DNA from: Octopus sinensis
Lineage: Eukaryota
Assembly (NCBI RefSeq): GCF_006345805.1
Contig: NC_043011.1
Location: forward strand, 67,837,368-67,901,367
Direction: 5' to 3'
Length of the DNA stretch: 64,000 nucleotides
In this document: piece after piece, positions 13,075 through 24,965 of the stretch
How the letters are laid out: the number at the start of each line of letters is the position of its first letter
Numbering within the stretch: position 1 is the stretch's first letter
Notes under the pieces: model-generated
Told to the model about the DNA's origin: nothing
Database searches by the model: none
Seen by the model: the letters and a program-made list of their open reading frames with translations, nothing else
Position numbers and translations under genes: made by a program

Positions 13075-14192
13075 CATCATCATCATCATCATTTAATGTC
13101 CATTATCCATGCTGGCGTGGGTTGGACAGTTTCATCAGGGCTGGTAAGCTGAGGGTCTGCAGCAGACTCCAGTCTGATTTGGCTTGTTTCTACGGCTGGA
13201 TGCCCTTCATAACGTCAAGTACTCCATGAGTGTTGTGGGCAGGGTTTATAAAAAAATTAATTGATGAGAAATTAATTACAATACATTGTCTTCTCAAGCA
13301 TGTCATGTCACCAAAGGTGTCGGTCATTAGTCATTGCCTCTGTGAATTTCAACAGTCAAAGATCATGCATAACCACTTTGTCCAATGCCTTCTTAAGTCT
13401 ACTTCTTCCACAGCTTCTCTCAACTGTTAGAGATCAGCACTTCTTCAGACAGCTGTCCTCATCTACATGCATCACATGACCATACCAGCTCAGTCGTCTC
13501 TCTTGCACACTATACCTGATGATCCTTATGCCTAACTTTTCTCTCAAAACAGTTATATTTTGTTGTACATGCACATCCAGTGAAGCATGCTAGTTTACTT
13601 TCCTCCAAGCTTATACATGTTCTCTGCAGTCACAACCGATGTTTAACTGCCATGTAGCATAGCTGTCTGCACAGGCATAATAAATCTGCCTTTCACTCTG
13701 AAGGAGAGACCCTTAGTTACCAAACAGAGGAAGTAGCTCTCTGAATTTGCTCAGCCTATTTTTATTCTTGCAGCCACACTCTTGGTTCATCCACCTCTGC
13801 TACTGACTTTGTTACTCAACGATCTCTATCGTACTCCTCTGGCATTTGATGAAGTCTATTTTCTGTACATTTTTAGTGTTTATTGTACATGTGCACCTTC
13901 CACATACAAAATATATTTTCCCAGTTTACCTGCCTCTAATATTGCTAAACCTATTATGTGTTACACAGAGTACATCTTATGGAATTTCTACCTATCCATT
14001 TCCTACAGATTGAGCAGGGCCATCAACCTGAAGGGCTTTATGATTTGTCTACTTTCCTACTTACCAAGATTTTGGTTTTGGGTAGGTTAACTCTACAGCC
14101 TTTTAATTCTAAACTTTGCTTCCATATGAGAAATTTGTTTTCTAGTTCTGGTAGTGATTTAGCTATAAGAAGAAACTCATTAGTAAATAAGT
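13075..14192 (-). mobile_element. Decayed RTE-clade LINE (RT C-terminal part, Cys-rich insert, 3' UTR, (GAT)n tail)
   Basis: Minus strand reads GCRVNLPKTKILVSRK..WPCSICRK..NSIRCTLC and KGLSFRVK with stops. The tail catcatcatc lies at ~13075-13092 on the + strand. Confidence 0.85.
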
Positions 14193-15863
14193 GTGAAAAC
14201 TCTTTGCTTTCACAAACACTTTATGTACACTGATTGAAGCAATGAAAAAAAAGGTCCTCGGTATACCTGAAACGTGAAGGAAAATATGTGAATAATGAAA
14301 TGAATAATGTATGGCTAATTGAATGTAATGTAATAAATGATAATATATGTATGTTTAGTTCTAATCCCCTATTCCCTCTGCAAGTCTTTGGAGGGAAGCA
14401 AAGAAGACTAATAATATGTATTAAATGGTTAACGAGAATGTGATAATTAGTGTGAGAGACAATTAATCAATATTGATGATGTGACGATCAAGGGGCAATG
14501 TGACAGTTGTGTGTCAGTCTTTGCGAGTCTGGCAGAGCGACGAACAGAACAATTGCTGGATGGGGGATAAACTGCATCAGACAAGGGTTGCTCTTGGAAG
14601 GCAAGGAGCGTTGGGGTATGACCATTTGTGGTGAAGGTGAGGTAAGTTGGCGTGGCTCTGTAGGTAGGCAGTAAGATGCGTTTCCAGTTATGGTGATTTT
14701 GGAGTCGGGAAGTGGGCATCTGTGTTGCAGCTGCATGAGGTGCTGTTAAAGTGGGTCGAGAAGGTAGTCTCATCATTGGTGTTGGTATGAGAAACGCAGG
14801 TAGTCCAGGAACCATGAGCAGTGGTGCATGGGAAAGAAGCGGTAGATGCTTCTGGAGGAATTTTCTGATGCAGTGTGACTCGGCCTGAGCCATCCACGCT
14901 CACCATGTATGGATCGAACTGGCATACATCTACAATGGCACCAGTTTCCCCCCCCCCCATTTGTAGGATGGGGTCCAACTTGGCTCTGGATTAGGACATA
15001 GTCTGAAAGTCAGACTGTAATAAATGATAATATATGTATGTTTAGTTCTAATCCCCTATTCCCTCTGCAAGTCTTTGGAGGGAAGCAAAGAAGACTGATA
15101 ATATGCATTAAATGGTTAACGAGAATGTGATAATTAGTGTGAGAGACAATTAATCAATACTGATGATGTGACGATCAAGGGGCAATGTGACAGTTGTGTG
15201 TCAGTCTTTGCGAGTCTGGCAGAGCGACGAACAGAACAATTGCTGGATGGGGGATAAACTGCATCAGACAAGGGTTGCTCTTGGAAGGCAAGGGGCGTTG
15301 GGGTAGAAGTGAGCATGTGTGTTTTGACAACTGTTCAGTAGCACGCATGTGGAGTTACGCAGGTCTTCTTTTCGAGAAGTCATAGTCTCTTGCCATGTAG
15401 AATGTGACTGGTACTTGCTGGGATGGATGGGAATAAAGTATTGTATAGGTCTGCCAAAGATGCACATGGCTGGGTACAAGTGTGTGTCCTGGTCAGGTGT
15501 ATTTCTTGATTGTAGCATTGTGCACTGGAAACTGTCAGTGTTGTCTGGAACGAGGCCCTTTATTGTCTCAATACCGACTTTGGCACAGCAGTTGTCATGG
15601 GGAAATGCAACAGAGGTGATTCTGTGGTGCACTTCCCAATTGTGGAAGAAGGTCCTCCATCTGATGTCAGCTCAAAGCTGATGCTATATATCACAAAGAT
15701 GTGGTTTAGGGTGGCATTAAGTGTCTGTGCGCCATTCGATGCTTTCTTCACGTTGGTTTTCCAGACCTGTTTGGACATACCATCATTGTCTGTCACCAAG
15801 TTGAACGTTCTGGTCGAGACCTGCTTTCACTTCCTCTTGCCAATGAACCAGGAATGGTATGGG
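14190..15863 (-). mobile_element. Ty3/Gypsy LTR retrotransposon remnant (3' LTR, PPT, integrase C-terminus, RT start) with an internal ~280-bp duplication
   Basis: [41 protein letters not shown] and RRSARL motifs on the minus strand. 14328-14606 is repeated at 15017-15295. Confidence 0.85.
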
Positions 15864-16039
15864 TTTTACTTGTGGTAATAATGCTGCTTGTTTTTAAAAA
15901 ATGCTTTATTTTCTCTGGAGCAAGCTGCTTCAATATTTCCTTAAATGAACACTTTAACTTCACTTTGTCATATTACTGCGGGAATTTACTCTGAAAGAAA
16001 TCTTTGCAGAAAGATTTTTAAACAAAGATAATTTTGAAA

Positions 16040-17500
16040 AATGTTTTTTCAAAAGTCTACACCCACTTTGGAATGTCTTCAGATAATACTTTGTGGATGA
16101 TCTTGCAGACGCCTTGGGTAGCCTTCCAGGAGCTTGCTGTCTGCTGACAGTTTTCGCCATTCTTCATCGCAGAACTTCTCGAGCTGTGTCAGATTGGATG
16201 GGGAATGTCGATGGCCAGTCAGCTTTAGATTTCGCCATAGATTTTCTATAGGGTTGAGGTCTGGAGCCTTGCTGGGCCACTCCAAAACTGTGATTTTCTT
16301 GCTAGCAAACCAAGCTTTAGTGCTTTTTGACACATGCTTGGGGTCGTTATCTTGTTGAAACTTGAAATTGCGACCCAAGTGCAGAGCTCTAGCAGACTTC
16401 AGCAGGTTTGCCTCCAATATTTCTTGGTACTTGACACTGTCCCTGTTACCTTGGATGGTTACCAACTCTCCAGTCCCTGCAGCTGAAAAACAGCCTCAAA
16501 GCATGAGCGAGCCACCACTGTGCTTTACAGTGGGGACGATATAAAGAGGTTGGTGAACAGTGCCTTTTTTCTGCCTAACGTAGCTTTTTTTTGTCCAAAT
16601 AACTCGACTTTGGTCTCATCTGACCACAAAATCTTTTGCCACATGGTCATGGAATCATTAATGTGACTTTTGGCAAAGTTTAGCCTAGATTTCTTGTGTA
16701 TAGGCTTCAGAAGGGGCTTTATTCTAGCTACCCTCCCTTGCAGGCCAGACCGATGCAATACCCTGGAAATTTTAGAAGCATAGACATCTGTCCCAGTACT
16801 GGAAACTGAAACTTTCAAGTCTTCCAGTGTTGCACTAGGGTTGGAGGTTGCCTCCTTGACCATCTTTGACTTTGTTCTTGCGGTAAGTTTGCTCGGTCTC
16901 CCAGATCTTGGTAGGGTAGCAGTGGTTTTGTGCAATAACCACTTCTTAATTATAGTTTTAACAGTGCTTAGGGGCAATTCTAAAGTTTTTGCAATCTTTT
17001 TATAGCCATAATTTTTTTGTACTTTTGAAAGAATAAGGTTTTTAAGTTCCTGAGACAGAGGCTTGCCCATTTTCTTTCCCGAGTTGGACAACTTGTGTTT
17101 ACAGCCAGTCCAAAGATCAACATACCAAAATAGCCATATGGTGAATGATTTTGTAGGCAGTTAAATCACCTTATACAACAAAATAATAGACTGGCCAAGT
17201 TTGTTATGGTAGAAAGCACATGTCACTTTTGATTGTTTTGGATTGTATACATCAATGACAAACTACCTAATAACACAGTATAATATTTTGGGAGCTGTAG
17301 ACTTTTGCAAAGACATTTTTCTAAGTTATATGATTTTAAGAATCAGTATGAAATTTAAAAAATGTAATTTTCATATCAAAGTGTGATGGATCTGCTTATT
17401 ATTTAACAATCATTGGAACTGAAAAAATGTGTTGTTCCCTGTTAAAATACACAAAATATATAAATTTCCAAAGGAGGGTGTAGATTTTTGCAAACTACTG
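16040..17500 (-). mobile_element. Tc1 (DD34E) DNA transposon, frameshifted transposase, IR/DR-type end
   Basis: ORF 16525..17091 carries a paired-like HTH, GRP.K and WSDETK; ORF 16079..16465 carries QQDNDPKH and WPSKAPDLNPIENLW. The end CAGTAGTTTGCAAAAATCTACACCC at 17500 is followed by TA. Internal DR copies lie at ~17295 and inverted at ~16050. The left boundary is uncertain. Confidence 0.93.
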
Positions 17501-17849
17501 TAACATGTAGCTATTCTTCTGTTAACTACAGGATATAGTGATTTCGTGTTACACATATTCGTAAAGATATTACGTCTACATCATGAAAAGGACTAGTGGT
17601 TACATGATAATATCCGTTGCCGCATAAGGATATTTCTGATATCTCCTGTTATTTATATGTGGCTCAAAAGTTTTTTTTGACCTCGTTTGTTAGATTAAGA
17701 AGTAAAGAAATGGTGATTAAAGAAATAGGAAACAGAACTGTGTATACTGTCTGTCAGTGCATTCAATTCTGTAATGTTCGCGAATTCGCGAATTCACCTT
17801 CCACTAGCAGTTACAATTTTATTTGTTGATCACTTTTTGCCTCTAACCC

Positions 17850-18090
17850 TTGCCTTGCTTTGTAGACATCACTGCCCATCAGAATGCCTGGCAACAGACA
17901 GCTCCAATGAAAGTCTCATCCAAGAAAGTCCGCTGCCCCGTCATCTCTGCAGCTGGATCTAGCAAAGAGTGGGCTTACTTTGAGTTGAGATCTTCAGACT
18001 AGAAACAAATCACTGGACAGAGGTGTAACGGAGTAGTGTTTCAGCTTCTCAAATGCTGCAACGAGACCCTCAAAAAAAGTTCTCATATTG
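17850..18090 (+). mobile_element. Gypsy gag remnant
   Basis: Reads KVRCPVISAAGSSKEWAYF...VFQLLKCCNETLKK, resembling the gag N-terminus of invertebrate Gypsy elements. Confidence 0.55.
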
Positions 18091-18114
18091 GCATTTAGTG
18101 CGCTGGCAGTCAAA

Positions 18115-18770
18115 TCTCTTGAAACTGCTATTTCTAGCAGACCCAAGGGATCTGACTGCTATTTCTATCAGATGCATGAGATTTGACTGCTGTTTCTAGC
18201 AGATCCAGATTTGACTGCTCGTTCTAACAGATGCAAAAGATTTGATTGCTATTTCTAGCACACCCAAGAAATCTGACTGCTGTTTCTAGTAGATCAAATT
18301 TGATTGCTATTTCTAGCAGATATAAGAGATTTTTTTTAGCAGGCCATAGGGATTTGACTGCTGCTTTTAGCAGATCCAAATTTGACTGTTTGTTCTAACA
18401 GATCCATGAGATTTCATTGCTATTTCTAACAGATCCATGAGATTTGACTGCTATTTCTAGCACACCTAAGAGATCTAACTGCTATATGTAGCAGACCCAA
18501 AAGATTTGACTGCTGTTTCTAGCGGATCCAGACTTGACTGTTCATTCTATCAAATTCAAGAGATTTCACTGCTATTTCTAGCAAATCCAGATTTGACTAC
18601 TATTTCTCAAAGAGAATTTGACTGCTGTTTCTAGCAGAGAGAGTAGAACGATTTCTTAGGGGTTTCAACTGCTGTTTCTAGCAGAGCATGTAGGACGATT
18701 TCTAGGAGGGTGGACTGCTAAAATATGCAGTGGAATCTGGATATGCTAGAAACAGCAGTCAAATCTCTTA
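18115..18770. repeat. Degenerate ~27-32-bp minisatellite (GATTTGACTGCTRTTTCTAGCAGATCC...) closed by an inverted unit
   Basis: About 20 visible units, with an inverted copy TGCTAGAAACAGCAGTCAAATCTC near 18745-18768. Confidence 0.9.
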
Positions 18771-18799
18771 TATGGAAATCTTCATGTGTATGTGTGAGT

Positions 18800-18995
18800 G
18801 TGCGTGTGTGCTAGTCACCCACTCCCCACATTCGCTTGACAACCAATGTCAGTGTATTTATGTCGACGAAGCGGAGCGCCTTGACAAAAAGCGACCGATG
18901 GAATAAGTACTAGGCTTACAAGGAATAAGTCCTGGGATCGATTTGTTTCGACTAAAGGCGGTGCTCCAGCATAGACACAGTCAACATGTGGGGAA
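18800..18995 (+). mobile_element. tRNA-derived SINE, 3' half (octopus OK/OR-like)
   Basis: Matches the 3' half of the full copy at 26103-26502 (GAATAAGTAC...CGACTAAAGGCGGTGCTCCAGCAT). Confidence 0.85.
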
Positions 18996-19237
18996 AAAAG
19001 TCAAAACTGAAGAAGTTGGCGGGAAAGGCGGGGACAAAATTTCACAATGCCGATTTTTGGCACACAGACACAAAAAAAAATACAAAGAAACAAATTTCGA
19101 AGAAAATGGTGGACGGGCGAAAGTCTTTCCAAGCTATGTTTTGGGGCGGGGACAAACACACACACATATACATGTAGTAGAATGTGCTACGCAGTGGGAG
19201 TGAATGCGGAACCTTGTGGTTGGGAAATTAGCTTTTT

Positions 19238-19390
19238 TTATTTTAGCTCAGTTTATTTGTCAAAATAAACTGTGAATGTATATAATCTAATTTACAATGG
19301 ATTAATTTATCACCGTGGAAATACGGAACTATGGCGGCTGAAAATTGGGGTCTGACTTTTCGCAAAGCATTGTGGGATTGTCGTCTGTAT
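19238..19390. repeat. Dispersed ~200-bp repeat, copy 1 (others at 23791-23988 and 26630-26785)
   Basis: Shared blocks GCGGCTGAAAATTGG..CTGACTTTTCGCAAAGCATTGTGGGATT and AGTTTATTTGTCAAAATAAACT. Confidence 0.85.
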
Positions 19391-19474
19391 GATTTCAATG
19401 GCGCGAGATTCAGTTTTTTATTGAAATTTTTATTGAATATTGGTCCTGCAGAGTGAAAGAAGTAAGTAAGAAAT

Positions 19475-19975
19475 TATTATTAGACTGGAGAATGATACTC
19501 CACATCCCCATTAAGGACTTTTTCGTTTTCAATGTACTCGAGTGTTGTTGTTTCTGTTATTGTTGTGATGTGTGGTTGCATGTTCGAAATGTAATTAGAT
19601 AAGTTGTCAACAGACATTCTAACTGATTTGTCAGTCGAGAAGCATACAATCTCTCTATTTTTTAATTTGTTATGGCCTTTCTTAATTTTGGTGTCAAGAT
19701 CACGGGTCTTATTTTTTGTTCGTTTTTGTTTATGCCTTTGGGTGTAATTAGAGAAAGCTGACAGGAGTTTGGATTTAGTAAGGGTAAACTTTGCTGTACT
19801 GGAACGAAAACAATTGCAGCATGGAAGGTGTTTATAAGCCATTTAAGAAACACACAAAAAGCGTTAGATTCACTTTAATATTTAAATTTAATTTGTCAAA
19901 ATATTTTCGTTGTTTTGAGACTGCGACTTCACTGACAAAATTCCGTGCTGCATCTGAGAAAGTAACAGTTAGTTC
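19475..19975 (-). mobile_element. Penelope-like element, 5' fragment
   Basis: Near-identical to ~32415-32893. The shared flanking microsatellite-like DNA continues to ~20333 and ~33205. Confidence 0.85.
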
Positions 19976-20227
19976 ATGATATATATGTACGTACGTATGT
20001 ATGTATGTATATGTGTACATGTATGTGCGCATGCCTATACGCATGTATGTATGTACTTATGTACTTGTGAGTATTTAGGAGAAATAGACGTGTCTGTGTG
20101 TGTACATGTGTATGTACTTGCGAACGTATGTTTATGTAATATGTGTCAGTTCAATTTGTATACTTGACTGTTACCTTGCCACTCGCTATGCAAGTATATC
20201 TCTTTCTCTCTCTCGCTCTCTCCATCT

Positions 20228-20290
<63 letters not shown>

Positions 20291-21226
20291 CAGATTGTAA
20301 CATAGATAAATATATAGACAGAAATAGATAGAGCATGAAGTAGGGAGTAGTAAAACAGGTGACAACTGATGAGCAAGTTATCTTCTTTTGGAATTTGTCC
20401 TGTACTTATCTCTCTCGTGTGTTTATGTAGTTTTCACTCGTTGGTGATGTCCTGTACTTGTATTTGTTTTGGTATTTTGTCCTGTATTTATCTCTCATTT
20501 GTTTACATATTTTTCACTTGGTGATATCCTGTACTTAATGTGCATTTATATATATACTTCTTTTCTATATTTTATCTCCGAGAATAGGTAATCCATATTA
20601 AGTCTGGCCTCTATCCTTTGACCTGTCCAGCATTGGAAGGTCTACAAGGAGCTTGTTCTCCACTGGCATAACTCACGGGCTCACTGAGGTACTCAAGCTA
20701 CCACCCTGGAACAAGGACTAGACCTTATGGTGGATAAATGAAACTCTATTCATATCTTCATCCAGTGTTTCTGTTATTGTCTATGCCTCACTGCTATTGA
20801 ACAATTGTTTTCAGTGTAAGCTGTAAAATGTAGTATTATAATTCTTCCTGCTTAGTAACTTCAACACCTGACGTAGTCATAGAGATATGTGGGCATGTCT
20901 TAAGCATTTTAAGTCTGGCAGAGCCAATTCCTTTCTAGATTCAATGTCAACTAATTTCTTCGAAGGTGAAAATGAGTATAAAAGAGAGAACATAAACCAA
21001 CTAGTACCAGTTGTCAAGGGAAGAGTGGACACACACACTTCTGTAGAGTTTCTCTCTATCATATTCACTTCCAAAAGCTAAGGCAGAAGACAACTGCTGA
21101 AGGTGTTGCACAGTGGGACTAAACTGAAAACTATTTGATTGTAAAACAAGCAATTTCTGCTTTTTTCTATCCAAAATGATCTTTAACACAATGTTTAAAC
21201 ACTAATATCTATGCATACATGCATGC

Positions 21227-21267
<41 letters not shown>

Positions 21268-21270
<3 letters not shown>

Positions 21271-21432
21271 GTCGATTACATCGACCCCAATGCGTAACTG
21301 GTACTTAATTTATCGACCCCTAATGGATGAAAGGCAAAGTCGACCTCGGCGGAATTTGAACTCAGAATGCAGTGGCAGACGAAATACCGCAAAGCATTTC
21401 ACCCGGCGTGCTAACGATTCTGCCAGCTCACC
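21268..21432 (-). mobile_element. tRNA-derived SINE, second family (head with A and B boxes)
   Basis: Minus strand TGAGCTGGCAGAATCGTTAGC...GAGTTCAAATTCCGCCGAGG. Fragments recur at ~33820, 48480 and 52170. Confidence 0.8.
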
Positions 21433-21434
21433 CC

Positions 21435-22290
21435 TATCATCATCATCATCATCATCATTAACGTCCGCTTTCCATGCTAGCATGGGTTGGACGGTTCAAC
21501 TGGGGTCTGTGGAGCCCGAAAGCTGCACCAGTCCAGTCAGATCTGGCAGTGTTTCTACAGCTGGATGCCCTTCCTAACGCCAACCACTCCGAGAGTGTAG
21601 TGGGTGATTTTATGTGCCACCGACACAGGTGCCAGACGAGGCTGGCAAACGGCCACGCTCGGATGGTGTTTTTTATGTGCCACCGACACAGGTGCCAGAC
21701 GAGGCTGGCAGACGGCCACGCTCGGATGGTGTTTTTATGTGCCACCGACACAGGTGCCAGATGAGGCTGGCAAACGGCCACGATCGGATGGTGTTTGTTA
21801 CGTGCCCACAGCACGGAGGCCAGTCGATGCGGTACTGGCTACGGCCACGTTCGGATGGTTTTCTTGTGTGCCACCGGCACTGGTACCACAAAGATACAAT
21901 TCCATTAATGTTCATCTATTTTGATTTGTTTTGATTTTCACTTGCCTCAACAGGTCTTCACAAGTGTCACAAGAAGGAAGGTATGCACAGGTGGACTGAC
22001 TACGTCCCAGGTAGGGGCCACAGGTTATGGCCTGACTAGTCTTGCCGGGTCTTCGGATGGTGTTTTTATGTGCCACCGACACAGGTGCCAGATGAGGCTG
22101 GCGAACGGCCACGATCGGATGGTGTTTGTTACGTGCCCACAGCACGGAGGCCAGTCGGTGCGGTACTGGCTACGGCCACGTTCGGATGGTTTTCTTGTGT
22201 GCCACCGGCACTGGTACCACAAAGATACAATTCCATTAATGTTCATCTATTTTGATTTGTTTTGATTTGATTTGATTTGTTTTGATTTCA
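21435..22290 (-). mobile_element. RTE LINE 3' end with expanded ~55-bp 3' UTR tandem units and an internal duplication
   Basis: (GAT)n tail; GTTGGCGTTAGGAAGGGCATCC motif; end of ORF (GAAGACCCGGCAAGAC) near 22040-22055. ~21770-21935 is duplicated at ~22085-22262. Confidence 0.85.
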
Positions 22291-22317
22291 CAGACATACA
22301 GGCATATAGACAGACAG

Positions 22318-22344
<27 letters not shown>

Positions 22345-22348
<4 letters not shown>

Positions 22349-22633
22349 TATATCATCGTTTAACGTCCGTTCTCCATGCTAGCATGGGTTGGACGGTTCG
22401 ACCGGGGATCTGGGAAGCCAGAAGGCTGCACCAGGCTCCGCTCTTATCTGGCAATGTTTCTACAGCTGGATGCCCTTCCTAACGCCAACTACTCCGTGAG
22501 TGTAGTGGGTGCTTTTTACGTGCCACCTGCACTGGTACCAGGTGAGGCTGGCATTGGCCACGGTCGGATTGGTGCATTTTACGTGCCACCGGCACGGAAG
22601 CCAGTCGAGGTGGCACTGGCTTCGGCCACGATT

Positions 22634-22635
<2 letters not shown>
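22345..22635 (-). mobile_element. RTE LINE 3' UTR fragment
   Basis: Same tail sequence as 21435-21620. Confidence 0.85.
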
Positions 22636-22670
<35 letters not shown>

Positions 22671-22689
22671 GGCTCTCTCATTAGCCTTC

Positions 22690-22870
22690 GTGAACATGTA
22701 GGAGCTTCCACGTTGGCTTCCAGTTACCATATGAAGTTTAGAAGTTATACAGAAGTATGTACTTTCATACGAAATACACCTTTCAATAAGAGCATTAAGA
22801 AAGGGCAGATGGCAATTCATGTGCTCCCATATGAATTTATCATGTGATTATCACACAGCTGTTCCTAGCT
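22690..22870 (-). mobile_element. Old Penelope-like RT thumb remnant
   Basis: Minus strand reads KFIWEHMNCHLPFLNALIER, resembling the PLE motif KFTxExExNxxLPFLDVLVER. Confidence 0.45.
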
Positions 22871-23357
22871 AGTCTAGAGAATGCTGCTTGGTTGTTATCT
22901 TAGTATTATGGTTCGGCTTTTCTTTAATAGAATGCAGTTTCGCAGTTGTGTTTAATGTAAACCACAGGAACATATGGCATATATTTGAGAATTTCTAGCA
23001 CACCTTTAGATGGCACCTGAACAGGGAAGGAGGTAGAAAGATAAAGGAAAAAGTAGAGAGAGAGGGAGGGAGAGAGAGAATGTGTAGGAGAGAGAAGGGA
23101 GAGGAGAGAGAGGGGAGAGGTGAGAGAGAGAGAAGTAGATAAACACCTACTGGACATTTGTTAAATGCTAATTAATCTATCTGCCTTTAACATTATTACA
23201 TGCATAAGCAAATTTATGCACACAAACATATTTTCACATGCATACATACATACACACACTTGAAAGGAAGTCCTATTTTGCATCAGTATAAGCAAGTAGC
23301 TAGGCAGAATTAATCCAAAATACCTTGTCCTGTCTGTCTCTATCTATCTATCTCTCT

Positions 23358-23574
23358 AAAAAGAAAAGCTCTACTTTGTAATTTGTCCCCTCTGTGTTCA
23401 GCCCAGTGTGGCTAATAAAGAAACATATCTATCTATCTATTTTTTTTTTCCTCTTTCTTTCCTTTTATGATCACTTTTGATCGAAAACCAAACCCCCTTT
23501 TTTACCCCCAAAAGAAAAGCTCTACCTTGTAATTTGTCCTGTCTGTGTGCAGCCCTGTGTGGCTAATAAAGAAA
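23358..23574 (+). mobile_element. Two tandem 5'-truncated Tx1-type LINE 3' ends in (TATC)n
   Basis: AAAGAAAAGCTCTAC.TTGTAATTTGTCC..CTGTGT.CAGCCC.GTGTGGCTAATAAAGAAA occurs twice, each followed by CATATCTATC. The same tail is on the minus strand at 24172-24240. Confidence 0.8.
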
Positions 23575-23790
23575 CATATCTATCTATCTATCTATTTATA
23601 CACACACACACAGAGTTTTTATTTATTTATATATATATATATACATACATACACATAGGAATATCTATCATTCAACCTCCTGTAAACTTACCAACAAATA
23701 AACTTATTGAGAAATTACTGAGAGACGACATCCACATGGCAAACAATAGTCAAGCGTATGTTAACGTTAGCATTTAATGAAGAAGGGAAA

Positions 23791-23988
23791 TATAGCGGCT
23801 GAAAATTGGTCTCTGACTTTTCGCAAAGCATTGTGGGATTATTGTTTGTATTGTTTCAACAGCGGGAATTTCTCTTCAACCTGGAAATATTTTATTTTAG
23901 CTTAGTTTATTTGTCAAAATAAACTATAAATGTATATAATTTAATTTACAATGGATTAATTTATCACCGAGGAAATACGGAACTATAG
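23791..23988. repeat. Dispersed ~200-bp repeat, copy 2 (exactly one circularly permuted monomer, TATAG to TATAG)
   Basis: Block order is swapped relative to copies 1 and 3. Confidence 0.85.
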
Positions 23989-24170
23989 ATGGATGCATGG
24001 ATGCATGGATGGATGAATGGATGGATTGCTGGATAGATAGATGGGTGGATGGATGGATGGATGGATGGATTCATGGTTGGATCGATTGATGGATGGATGG
24101 ATGAATGGTAGATGGATGGATTGATAGATGGATTGATAGAGGGATGGATGGATGGAGGGATTGATGGATA
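23986..24170. repeat. (ATGG)n microsatellite, left of the Tx1 insertion
   Basis: Directly visible. Confidence 0.95.
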
Positions 24171-24171
24171 G

Positions 24172-24965
24172 GTTTCTTTATTGGTCACACAGGGCTGCAC
24201 ACAGATGGGACAAGTTACAAGGTAGAGCTTTTCTTTTCGGGGATGAAAAAAACAAAAAAACAAAAGAAACAAAAAAAATGGATGGTGTAGGTTTTCGATC
24301 AAAAGGAATCGTAAAAGAGAAGAAAAGAACAAAAAAAAATAAATAAATAAAAAAAGAAAAGGAAAAGGAACAAAAGAAAGGAGAAATGAAAAAAGAAGAA
24401 AAAAGGGGGAGAGGAAAAAAAAACGATCAATAGGGATCGTGTATCACAGTGTTATGATATATGGTGTAAAGGGGAAAGCAAGTAAGGTTTATCCGTGGGC
24501 AGAAAAGCCTACGAAAAAGACCACGGTAACCTTGGTCAATATTGTTATATGTTACCACATTTGTTTGCAAGTGGGTAACCCTCAGTTTTCAATTTCTGGG
24601 TTCATAGGATCATGCTCAAGGTGGCTTCGTCATTCATACGTGCCATCCTTGCTACATTCACCCATCTTTTTTTGAAACATTCGCTAGACAAAACTTGCCT
24701 CTCTACTCTCACTTTCCTTTTCAAGTGGTACTTGAAGAAGTTGATGAGAGATTGACCAGAGAGGAAAGTGTTTGTCTCCAATCCTTTCAGACGCGTCCAC
24801 CAGATACATTCCTTCGCCATAGCCACAAGGATGATGAAAATAGCTCTTCCTTCCCGTTTGAAGGAAGGAGGCGTGACAATATTGATGATAGACTCAGCTG
24901 ATAAACTGACTCGTCCCACACGTGACAGCAGTTGTTCGACATAAGCCCACAGGTCGGAAATTGTT
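24172..24965 (-). mobile_element. Tx1/L1-clade LINE, 5'-truncated (ORF2 C-terminus + 3' UTR)
   Basis: Minus ORF ends ...[12 protein letters not shown]...[27 protein letters not shown]..., stop at 24602. The 3' UTR ends AATAAAGAAA. Embedded in (TCCA)n. Confidence 0.75.

Larger units (their letters stand above)
11427..15863. repeat. Segmental duplication, copy A (direct repeat of ~35301-39862)
   Basis: Collinear matching blocks spanning Tc1, unique DNA, RTE and Gypsy remnants, offset ~24 kb. Confidence 0.93.

Noticed and set aside
17777-17792. Perfect 16-bp palindrome TTCGCGAATTCGCGAA
   Set aside because: It is a simple doubling of an 8-bp palindrome with no context suggesting function.
20367-20373. 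Other CTGANGA hits (also ~11842, 13129, 28510 and 58920) as hammerheads
   Set aside because: None has a stem II followed by GAAA and a closing stem I; most are codons or UTR of known TEs.
20877-21189. Possible very old RT fragment (MLKIILDR...)
   Set aside because: The similarity is too weak to support without a profile search.
21600-21890. CRISPR-like look of the ~55-bp repeats
   Set aside because: Units are contiguous with no unique spacers, lie in a eukaryotic RTE 3' UTR, and there are no cas genes.
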